This document shows positions 52,461 to 64,000 of a stretch of DNA of 64,000 bases, one piece after another. The stretch's first letter is position 1, and the number at the start of each line of letters is the position of its first letter. Under the pieces are notes generated by a model. The model made no database searches. It was not told the origin of the DNA and worked only from the letters and a program-made list of their open reading frames with translations. The translations under genes and the position numbers were made by a program. The DNA is from an uncultured delta proteobacterium (GTDB lineage Bacteria > Myxococcota > UBA727 > VGSZ01), in assembly GCA_963775425.1 (NCBI GenBank), contig CAVZJB010000008.1, positions 266,749 to 330,748 on the forward strand, read 5' to 3'.

Positions 52461-53015
52461 CTAGTGCGCGGCCAGGAGCTTGTCGAGGAGGCGCCCCGCG
52501 TCTTTGTCGACGATGACATACGAACGGGCGGTGTCGCTCACGAGCTTCTCGCCGTTGGCGTGGTCGAGGAAGGCCACGAGGTGATCCCAGTAGCCGTCGA
52601 CGTCGAGGAGCCCCACGGGCTTGTTGTGCGTACCGATCATGCGCCACGTGAGCGCTTCGAACAGCTCATCGAGCGTGCCGAAGCCGCCGGGCAGCGCGAC
52701 GAACGCGTCGGCGTATGCGGTCATCACGGCTTTGCGCGTATGCATGTCGGGCACGCGCAGCAGTTGCGTGAGCCCCTTGTGCGTGGGCTCGATGCCGTAG
52801 GGGTTGTTGGCGAGCACGTCGGGGAGCACGCCGATGACCTCGCCGCCCGCCTCGAGGCAACCGTCGGCGACGGCGCCCATGAGACCGGTCTTACAGCCGC
52901 CGTAGACGACGCCGACGCCGGCGGCGGCCAAGCGCGCGCCGAACGCCCGCGCGGCGCCGAGGTACTTGTCGTCGACGTGGGGCGAGGCACCGCAATAGAC
53001 AGCGAGACGCGACAT
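52461..53015 (-). CDS. LOG-family protein (cytokinin riboside 5'-monophosphate phosphoribohydrolase-like)
   Basis: VYCGAS...GVVYGGCKTGLMGAVADG...ALPGGFGTLDELFEALTW carries the LOG GGxGxxxE and PGGxGTxxE motifs. The ATG overlaps the upstream stop (TGATG). The upstream part of the track ORF is junk. Confidence 0.85.
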   Translation of the reverse strand: MSRLAVYCGASPHVDDKYLGAARAFGARLAAAGVGVVYGGCKTGLMGAVADGCLEAGGEVIGVLPDVLANNPYGIEPTHKGLTQLLRVPDMHTRKAVMTAYADAFVALPGGFGTLDELFEALTWRMIGTHNKPVGLLDVDGYWDHLVAFLDHANGEKLVSDTARSYVIVDKDAGRLLDKLLAAH

Positions 53016-53578
53016 CAGCGCACCTTCATCAGGCGATCGCCCTCGACCGCGGCGAATTTGTCGACGGTGCGGAGCTTGTCGATGGCGGCCTTCTGGTCGG
53101 CGGACGTGCGGCTCGCGGGCGCGAGCGTGACGAGCACCCAGCGCACCGCGGTGCGCCGCACCTTGACCACCTTCACGCCGAGGGTCTTTTCCACGAGCGC
53201 CTTGACGTCGTCCGGCCCCGTGGTCCTGTCCTTCGGCTTGATGAGCAGGCGATCGAACACCGACGCCTTGCCGGCCTCGGCGGTGTGCGCGCTCGTGGCG
53301 CCGCCTCCGCCGTCGTCGCCCGCCGCAGCGGCGCCCGCGTCCGTCGCGCCGTCGCGCGGGGGCTCGTCCGCCGCCGGCGCGGCGCCCGCGTCCGTTTCTT
53401 CGTGGCGCGGGGGCACGTCCCCCGCCGGCGCGCCGGCGTCGTCGTCGGTCGTCGTGGCGGCGCCGGCGTCGGCGGACGCCAGCGCGCCGTGGCCGGCGTC
53501 GACGGCGGGCTCGGTCTTGCAGGCCAAGAGGCTGAGCGCGCCGGCCGCGGCGAGGAGGTGCAGTCTCGTCATGGGCAC
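53015..53578 (-). CDS. Hypothetical lipoprotein (D/A/G-rich linker plus ~80-aa globular domain)
   Basis: MPMTRLHLLAAAGALSLLACKTEP is a signal peptide with a lipobox. First gene of the lipoprotein-LOG-OMT operon. Confidence 0.65.
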   Translation of the reverse strand: MPMTRLHLLAAAGALSLLACKTEPAVDAGHGALASADAGAATTTDDDAGAPAGDVPPRHEETDAGAAPAADEPPRDGATDAGAAAAGDDGGGGATSAHTAEAGKASVFDRLLIKPKDRTTGPDDVKALVEKTLGVKVVKVRRTAVRWVLVTLAPASRTSADQKAAIDKLRTVDKFAAVEGDRLMKVR

Positions 53579-53659
53579 GAGGGTGGACCAAACACCCGCC
53601 GAAGCTCAAGGCGCGCGAACGGGTTTGCCTTTCTCGACGCGGCGAACCACGACGGGTGG

Positions 53660-55354
53660 ATGGCCTCCTCCGGGCGCCGCCTGCCGCCGATCGCCACGCA
53701 CCGCCTGCGCGCCGTCGCCGCCGCGCTCGAGCACCCGCGCGTGCACGCCCTCGTCGCCGCGCCGCTGCGCCTCGCCCGCCGGCGCGCGGCCGCCGGCGAC
53801 GTCGCCTTTCCGGCGCCGCCGCCGCTGCCGCCCGCGCCCGCCGGCGCCGGCGACGGCGACGACGACGGCAGCGCGGCGCGGCTCCTGCGCGCGCCGCCGC
53901 CGCAGCTCCGCACCGACGGCGGCCTCCCCTCCGGCGTCGACTTCGCCGCCGCCTACGCCGCCGGCCGCGCGAGCCCCGTCGACGTCGCCGAGGCGTTCCT
54001 CGCCGCCGTCGAGGACAGCGAGCGCGGCGATCCGCCCATGCGCTTCTTCATCTCCCTCGACGCCGGCGATGTGCGCGCGCAGGCCGCGGCGTCGGCGCAG
54101 CGGCACCGCGAGGGCCGCCCGCTGTCGCTCCTCGACGGCGTGCCCGTCGCGGTGAAGGACGAGATCGATCAGCGCGGCTACGTCACCACGCTCGGCACCC
54201 GGTTGCCCGGGCTGCGCCGCGCGAGCCGCGACTGCGTGGCGGTCGGGCGCCTGCGCGCGCAAGGCGCGCTCCTCGTCGGCAAGGCGAACATGCACGTGCT
54301 CGGCGCCGGGCCGCAGGGTGGAAACGCGGACTTCGGCACCGCGCGCAACCCGTGGAACCCCGCGCACTTCCCCGGCGGCTCGTCGAGCGGCTCGGCGGCG
54401 CTCGTCGCGGCGGGCCTCGTGCCGCTCGCCGTCGGCTGCGACGGTGGCGGCTCCATTCGCATCCCGGCGTCGTTCTGCGGTGACGTCGGGCTCAAGCCGA
54501 CGTTCGCGCGCATCCCCAAGGCCGGCGAGACCCCGCCCATCGCCCACAGCGTCACGCACATCGGGCCCATCGGCCGCACCGTCCACGACGTGGCGCTCGG
54601 CCTCGCCGCTATGGCCGGCGCGCTCGCGCCGGGTGAGGCCGCCGGCCTCGTCGACGGGGACGTGGCCGGTGTCGCGGCGCCGCCGCCGTCGCTGGACGGC
54701 TGGGATTGGGAGGACCTCGCCGGGCTCACGGTCGGCGTCGTCGAGGCGTGGTGGGCGGACGCCACCCGCGAGGTCGCGCGGGCGTGCGAGCGCACGCTGG
54801 GCGCGCTCGAGGCGCGAGGCGCGCGCGTCGTCGACGTCGAGGTCGAAGGCCTCGACGAGGTGCGCGACGTCCTCGTGGCCACCATCGGCGCCGAGGTGCA
54901 GCACAACGCGTGGTTCCTCGACGCGGCGGCGCGCCGCACGCTCCCGCCCGACGTGCGCATCGGGCTCGCGGTCGCTCGCCACATCGGCCGGAGCGAGTAC
55001 GCCGCCGCGCAGCGCGTACGCGCGGGCATGGCGGCGTCGATGTGGCGCTTGCTCGAGCGCGTCGACGTGCTCGTGTCGCCGTCGACGGTGCGCACCGCGC
55101 CGCCGGTGCCGCGGGACGACGTCGCCGACGTCGCGCAGACCGTGGAGCTCATGCGCACCACCGCGCTCGCCAACCTCACCGGGCAGCCGGCCATCTCGGT
55201 GCCCGCCGGCTTCGACAAGGACGGGCTGCCCATCGGCTTCCAGGCGATGGCGCGCCCCTGGGATGAGGCCGTGCTCCTGCGCGTCGCCCGCGCGGTCGAG
55301 CGCCCCGTCGAGCGAGCCCCGCCGCGCTCGTGGCGCGTGCTGCCCTCGAGCTAG
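53660..55354 (+). CDS. Amidase-signature family amidase
   Basis: GGSSSGSAALVAAGLVPLAVGCDGGGSIRIPA is the AS-family Ser-cisSer-Lys signature region. The start at M53660 is uncertain. Confidence 0.8.
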   Translation: MASSGRRLPPIATHRLRAVAAALEHPRVHALVAAPLRLARRRAAAGDVAFPAPPPLPPAPAGAGDGDDDGSAARLLRAPPPQLRTDGGLPSGVDFAAAYAAGRASPVDVAEAFLAAVEDSERGDPPMRFFISLDAGDVRAQAAASAQRHREGRPLSLLDGVPVAVKDEIDQRGYVTTLGTRLPGLRRASRDCVAVGRLRAQGALLVGKANMHVLGAGPQGGNADFGTARNPWNPAHFPGGSSSGSAALVAAGLVPLAVGCDGGGSIRIPASFCGDVGLKPTFARIPKAGETPPIAHSVTHIGPIGRTVHDVALGLAAMAGALAPGEAAGLVDGDVAGVAAPPPSLDGWDWEDLAGLTVGVVEAWWADATREVARACERTLGALEARGARVVDVEVEGLDEVRDVLVATIGAEVQHNAWFLDAAARRTLPPDVRIGLAVARHIGRSEYAAAQRVRAGMAASMWRLLERVDVLVSPSTVRTAPPVPRDDVADVAQTVELMRTTALANLTGQPAISVPAGFDKDGLPIGFQAMARPWDEAVLLRVARAVERPVERAPPRSWRVLPSS

Positions 55355-55415
55355 GGCGGGCTCGTCCCCCGCGTCGAGGTCGATGGCCGGCACGATCGCC
55401 GCGCGGAGTCGCCGC

Positions 55416-57515
55416 TCAGCTCCGCCGCTCGAGGGAAGGCCGCACGAAGCGCTCCCAGAACGCCGCCAGCGCCGGCCGCGCGCCGATGCGGGTGAGCGGC
55501 GGCAGGGTCTCGAGGAAGACACGGCCGTAGCGCTTCTTGCGCAGGCGTCCGTCGAGGACGGCGACGATGCCGGCGTCGTCGACGTCGCGCAAAAGCCTCC
55601 CCGCGCCCTGCTTGAGCGAGAGCGCCGCCTCCGGGAGCGCGATGTCGTTGAAGGGATCCCCGCCTCGCTGCCGGCACAGGTCCGCGCGCGCGCGCCGCAG
55701 CGGATCCGTGGGCACGTCGAAGGGCAACCGGTCCATCACCACGAGGCGCAGCGCGCGGCCGCGCACGTCGACGCCCTCCCAGAACGAGCGCGTCGCACAC
55801 AACAAGGCGCCGGTCTCGCCGTCGTGCGCGCGCAGCTCGTCGAGGAGCTTCTTCTTTTGCATCTGCCCTTGCTTCAGCACGGGCACGCCGAGCGCCGCCG
55901 CCGCGGGCAAGAGGGCCGCGTGCGCCTCGTCGAGCGCGGCGTTGCTCGTGAACAAGAAGAGCGCGCCGCCGCGGGTGGTCTCGAGGAGGAAGCGCATCTC
56001 GTCGAGCAGCGCCTCGCCGTACTTCGCGTGGTTCGGCTCCGGCATCTCCTTCGGGCAATAGAGCGCCGCGCGCCTGGCGAAGTCGAAGGGCGAGGGGAGC
56101 ACGGCGCTCCTGGTGCCGGCCGCGGCCCCGATGCGCGCGAGGAAGGGCGCGACGTCGCCGGCCACGGCCAGCGTGGCGCTCGTCATCACCACCGGCTGCT
56201 CCATGCGAAACAGCGACGACGACAGCGCCGCCGCCACGTCCACGGGCGCCGCCGTCACCACCGCGCCGCGCCGCGTGGGCTCGCTCACCACGACGTAGCG
56301 CGGGTCCTCGAGCGCCTTGTGCAGCACGAACTCGATCTCGCCGCGCGCGGTGTAGGCCCGCTCGAGGAGCCGCAGCCGCTCCGCCATGCGCGTGGCCGCG
56401 TCGGGCCCGCCCGCGAGGTTCTCGTCGGGCAGCGCGTCGAGCACGCCGTGCAGCGACGCGAGCGCCTCCGCCGCGCCGTCGATGAGCGACCGCGCCGACG
56501 ACGGCAACACCAGGCGCGCCCGCTCGCGCTCCCGCGACGGCACCGACGCCATCAACCGCTCGACGCGCTCCTCGGCGCCGATCATCGCGTCGAGCACCGC
56601 GGCGCGGTTGTCGCCGCCGAGGCCGTCGGCGTGCTTGCGCACGTCGCCAAACAGACGCATCAGCGACGCGCTCCCCACCGAGACGCCGAAGTAGTCGCTC
56701 GCCACCTCGGGAAGCGCGTGGGCCTCGTCGATGACGTACGCGTCGACGTCGGGGAGCACGTGGGCCAGCGCGCCGGCCCAGGTGCTCTCCCCGCTCTCGC
56801 CGTCGGAGGATGCGTCGCCCACCGGTGTGGCCGCGAGGCGCAGCCGCATGTCCGCGCACAGCAGGTGGTGGTTGGCGATGACGAGGCGCGCGCCCTCGGC
56901 CCTTCGCTTCATCTGCACCACGAAGCACTTCTCGTAGTGCATGCACCGCGTGCCGATGCACGTCTCGCTGCCGCAGTCGAAATCGCTCCAGGCGACATAG
57001 GGATCGGGCAGGCCCTCGATCTCGGCGCGGTCGCCGGTCGTGGTGCGCTCGGCCCAGCGCTGGATCTGCACGAGCTCCTTCGCCTCCGCCGAAAACGCGA
57101 ACGTCGGTTGCAGCGAGAAGCGCTCGAAGCGCAGCTTGCACAGATAGTTCTGCCGGCCCTTGACGAGGACGGCGTCGCGCTCGGGGTCGAGGCCGTCGTG
57201 GTCGCCGAGGAGGTCGGCGACGGCGGCGAGCGCGAGCGGGACGTCCTTGGTGTAGAGCTGGTCCTGGAGGGCCTTGGTCCCCGTGGTCACCACCACGCTC
57301 TTTTCGGCGAGCAGCGCGACGGCGAGGTACGCGAGCGACTTGCCCGTGCCGGTGCCGGCCTCCACGGCGAGGCGGCGGCCGCCGCCGCCGGTGAGCGCGT
57401 CGGCGACGGCGTGCGCCATGTCGATCTGCGCGGTGCGCGGCTTGTACCCGGTGAGCCGCTTGTGGAGCGGGCCGTCCGCGGCGAAGAACGCGTCGACGGC
57501 GCCGTGCAGCGTCAC
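55416..57515 (-). CDS. dinG: ATP-dependent DNA helicase DinG (Rad3/XPD-like, Fe-S)
   Basis: Walker A AGTGTGKSLAYL, DEAH-box VIDEAHAL, a Cys cluster (CGSETCIGTRCMHYEKC) and C-terminal helicase motifs. The GTG start overlaps the upstream stop. Confidence 0.85.
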   Translation of the reverse strand: MTLHGAVDAFFAADGPLHKRLTGYKPRTAQIDMAHAVADALTGGGGRRLAVEAGTGTGKSLAYLAVALLAEKSVVVTTGTKALQDQLYTKDVPLALAAVADLLGDHDGLDPERDAVLVKGRQNYLCKLRFERFSLQPTFAFSAEAKELVQIQRWAERTTTGDRAEIEGLPDPYVAWSDFDCGSETCIGTRCMHYEKCFVVQMKRRAEGARLVIANHHLLCADMRLRLAATPVGDASSDGESGESTWAGALAHVLPDVDAYVIDEAHALPEVASDYFGVSVGSASLMRLFGDVRKHADGLGGDNRAAVLDAMIGAEERVERLMASVPSRERERARLVLPSSARSLIDGAAEALASLHGVLDALPDENLAGGPDAATRMAERLRLLERAYTARGEIEFVLHKALEDPRYVVVSEPTRRGAVVTAAPVDVAAALSSSLFRMEQPVVMTSATLAVAGDVAPFLARIGAAAGTRSAVLPSPFDFARRAALYCPKEMPEPNHAKYGEALLDEMRFLLETTRGGALFLFTSNAALDEAHAALLPAAAALGVPVLKQGQMQKKKLLDELRAHDGETGALLCATRSFWEGVDVRGRALRLVVMDRLPFDVPTDPLRRARADLCRQRGGDPFNDIALPEAALSLKQGAGRLLRDVDDAGIVAVLDGRLRKKRYGRVFLETLPPLTRIGARPALAAFWERFVRPSLERRS

Positions 57516-58308
57516 CCGCGCTCGCCCCTCGCGATGCGGCGGCGCTTGACGACGACGGCGACGGCGATGGCGGCGCCGAGGACGGCGATGCCCGCGCCGC
57601 TCGCGATCGGGACCACCCGCTGTCGCCGCGGCGCGAGCGCGAGCCCGCTCCGCTCGACGAGGGCGCGCAGGCCCTGCGGCGCGACGGGCTCTCCCTGCAC
57701 GTGCTCCTCGACGTGCTCGCCCTGCTTGAAAGAAAAGCCCGCGAGCAGCGCCGTGAACGCGGCGTCGTCGGCGGTGTCGGCGCGCGGGCGCGTCAAGGTC
57801 ACGTGCACGACCCCGTGCCGCCCGAGGATCGCGCGGTGGACGTTTTCGTCGCCGCCGTGGGCGACGCGCCACGAGAGCGTGTGCGCCGGGATGTCGTAGA
57901 CCGGCCGCTCGCCGCCCCCCTCCCCGACGGGCGCGTCGGCAGGGGTGAAAGGGTCGTCCTTGTCGACGGTGACGAAGCCGAGCGGCGCGTACTCGAACAG
58001 CACCTTGCCGCCGCCCGGCAGCCCGACGAGCGCCACCTCGAGGCCGCTCTGCGGGTTGTGCGTGAGCGCCTCCCACGCCTTGGCGCCGTCTTTGCCGGTG
58101 GAGACGTCGCCCTCGGGCACCTCGAGCGTGGCGACGCCGAGGTCGGCGCTGAGCGGGCCCTCGCGCAGGCCGAGCTTCCGGTTTTGCGCGTCCTGCTCCG
58201 GCGGATGCGGCCCCGCCGCTCCCGCCGCCGCCGCGACGAGCAACGCGCCCACGGCGGCCGCGCGCGCCACCGAGGCGCGCCCCACGACGAGAGGGTCGCC
58301 GCAGGGCA

Positions 58309-58309
<1 letters not shown>
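57512..58309 (-). CDS. DUF2167/COG4714-like membrane-anchored protein
   Basis: Signal/TM at the N-terminus, a conserved core (PVYDIPAHTLSWRVAHG) and a C-terminal TM (IAVLGAAIAVAVVV-KRRR). Confidence 0.6.
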
Positions 58310-60417
<2,108 letters not shown>

Positions 60418-60483
60418 CTGCCTGGTTCTCCCACGCCGGCCCCGACGAAGGAAGCGCCCGCCCGGTCGGGACGCCGCAGGGTT

Positions 60484-61251
60484 CTACGGGTTGATCGGCT
60501 TGCAGATGTTGGTGCCCGCCTGGCAGCGGAAGCCCTGTTGGCAGCCGTCGTCGGGGGTGGACGTGTTGCAGCGGCTGCCTTCGTCGCCGGGGGCGCCGCA
60601 GCTCACGCCGGTGGTGAGGTCGCCCACGAAGCACTCGAAGCCCGAACCGCAGTTGACGCGGACGGGAGCGCACGCGTCGTCGCCGGGCGTGAAGCAGGGC
60701 TCCCCCCTCACCGGCGCCGCCACGCACGTCAGCCCGCACTGACCCGCCTGGCGACACGATTCGCCGGCGCCGCACCCGTTGATGCACTCGTTGACGACGC
60801 AGACATGGCCGCTGCGATCGGCGAGCGTGCCGCAGTTGACGCTCGCGCAGTCCGTCGGCGAGGTGCAGGCGGCGCCGAGCGTCCCCGCCGTGACGCACGT
60901 GGCGTCGGACGAGCACGCGAGGCCGGCGGCGCAGCCGTCGTCGGGCGGGTTCGGTCCGTCCACGGTGGGAAAGATGCACGGGCCGCCCAACGCCGACGGC
61001 GCGACGCACGCAAACGCGCCCGCGCCCTCCGTCGACGCCGCCGCGCACTCGAGCCCGCTGTCGCACGCGCGGCTGACGATATCGGAGCGGCAGGTCTCGC
61101 CGGCCTGCGCCGGCCCTTGTGGCCCTGCGTCGGCGGGCGGCGGCGGCGGCGGCTCCTCGGGCGGGGGGCAACCGGCGCTGAAGAGCAGGGCGAAGACCGC
61201 GGCGAACGCGGCGAGACGGGGAGCCACGACGCGATCGTACCGCGTTCGCAT
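60484..61251 (-). CDS. Cysteine-rich secreted lipoprotein
   Basis: Lipobox LLFSAGC. A polyproline stretch follows. About 30 Cys in repeated Cx(n)GxxC modules. Confidence 0.7.
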   Translation of the reverse strand: MRTRYDRVVAPRLAAFAAVFALLFSAGCPPPEEPPPPPPADAGPQGPAQAGETCRSDIVSRACDSGLECAAASTEGAGAFACVAPSALGGPCIFPTVDGPNPPDDGCAAGLACSSDATCVTAGTLGAACTSPTDCASVNCGTLADRSGHVCVVNECINGCGAGESCRQAGQCGLTCVAAPVRGEPCFTPGDDACAPVRVNCGSGFECFVGDLTTGVSCGAPGDEGSRCNTSTPDDGCQQGFRCQAGTNICKPINP

Positions 61252-61288
61252 GGCGAATGAGCACGCCGGCGCGCGGCGCGGCGGTCCG

Positions 61289-63496
<2,208 letters not shown>

Positions 63497-63584
63497 TCGT
63501 CCTCGTCGCCGGAGGCCGGCGGGCATCATTGTCGACGCCGCCTCCACCCTTGGCAAGCGGCGGGCACCGATGCACGCTCGCTTG

Positions 63585-64000
63585 ATGACTCAGACTCCGC
63601 GCGGCGCCACGATCGTCGTCAAGTCGGGCGGCGGGCTTTCGCTCGAGCGCCCGACCTTCGAGCTCCTCGAGCAGACCGGCGGCAAGAAGCACCGCTTCGA
63701 CGCCATCGCCGTGCGCATCGGCGCCGGCCGTGGCAACGACCTGCTGCTCGACAACCTCACAGTGTCCTCGGTCCACGCCGAGATCCAGGCCACGCCGCGC
63801 GGCTTCAAGCTCGTCGATCTCGGCAGCACCAACGGCACCACGGTCAACGGCGTGCGCATCGTCGAGGCCTTCCTCGAGGACGGCTGCACCGTCGGCATCG
63901 GCGAGGTGATGCTGCAGTTCAAGCTCGGCAAGGAGAACGTCAGCCAGCCGATGAGCGAGGCCACCGAGCTGCACGGCGCCGTCGGCGCGTCGCCCGCCAT
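63585..64000 (+). CDS. FHA-domain protein (5' part only; continues beyond window)
   Basis: MTQTPRGATIVVKSGGGLSLERPTFELLE...IRIGAGRGNDLLLDNLTVSSVHAEIQATPRGFKLVDLGSTNGTTVNGVRI is an FHA fold. Not in the track because it has no stop in the window. Confidence 0.7.
   Translation, partial: MTQTPRGATIVVKSGGGLSLERPTFELLEQTGGKKHRFDAIAVRIGAGRGNDLLLDNLTVSSVHAEIQATPRGFKLVDLGSTNGTTVNGVRIVEAFLEDGCTVGIGEVMLQFKLGKENVSQPMSEATELHGAVGASPA

Overview
This is a very GC-rich (about 70%) chromosomal window, densely coded on both strands. MYXO-CTERM-type C-termini, PEGA-domain proteins, many Ser/Thr kinases and giant NHL/TIG adhesin-like genes suggest a myxobacterium (Myxococcota). I call about 43 protein-coding genes. 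Most long ORFs in the six-frame track are antisense shadows of the real genes; these show Arg/Pro/Ala-rich junk translations.

Recognisable genes:
- Core metabolism and housekeeping: bamD (partial, at the 5' edge), purD, yajQ, an MBOAT O-acyltransferase, DoxX, pta, ackA, a LOG-family hydrolase, an O-methyltransferase, an amidase, DinG helicase and a RIO kinase.
- Regulation: an ECF sigma factor with its anti-sigma partner, a CHASE3/PAS/GAF hybrid histidine kinase, an astacin protease, four Ser/Thr kinases (one is a STAND kinase-AAA-TPR fusion; two are tandem paralogs) and an FHA-domain protein (partial, at the 3' edge).
- Secreted and lipoproteins, several with low-complexity repeats, including a 2743-aa NHL/IPT-TIG/Cys-repeat giant lipoprotein translationally coupled to a PEGA protein.

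I saw no rRNA, tRNA, CRISPR array, transposase or integrase.

For the hunt, the strongest candidate is an imperfect 66-bp element present twice in inverted orientation (23313-23378 and 31672-31737). It brackets an 8.4-kb module: pta-ackA, an orphan MYXO-CTERM tail, a polyproline/HExxH putative metallopeptidase, an aldo/keto-reductase remnant, and a secreted protein translationally coupled to a membrane Ser/Thr kinase. An 18-bp perfect hairpin lies next to the second copy.

Other observations:
- A 2.5-copy, roughly 80-bp noncoding tandem repeat between the MBOAT and DoxX genes.
- A c-type cytochrome fused to a metallothionein-like Cys cluster; it carries a frameshift between its signal peptide and haem domain and sits beside a YkgJ-type Cys-cluster protein.
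- A second frameshifted lipoprotein gene with a choice-of-anchor-D-like Ig domain, Cys-rich repeats and LVIVD-like repeats.
- Tandem paralogous DUF4388-like kinases flanking a Cys-rich lipoprotein, in an operon with a DUF2167-like protein and DinG.
- A LOG/methyltransferase/lipoprotein operon.
- An AT-rich palindrome upstream of the astacin gene.
- Pervasive GTGA/ATGA start-stop overlaps.
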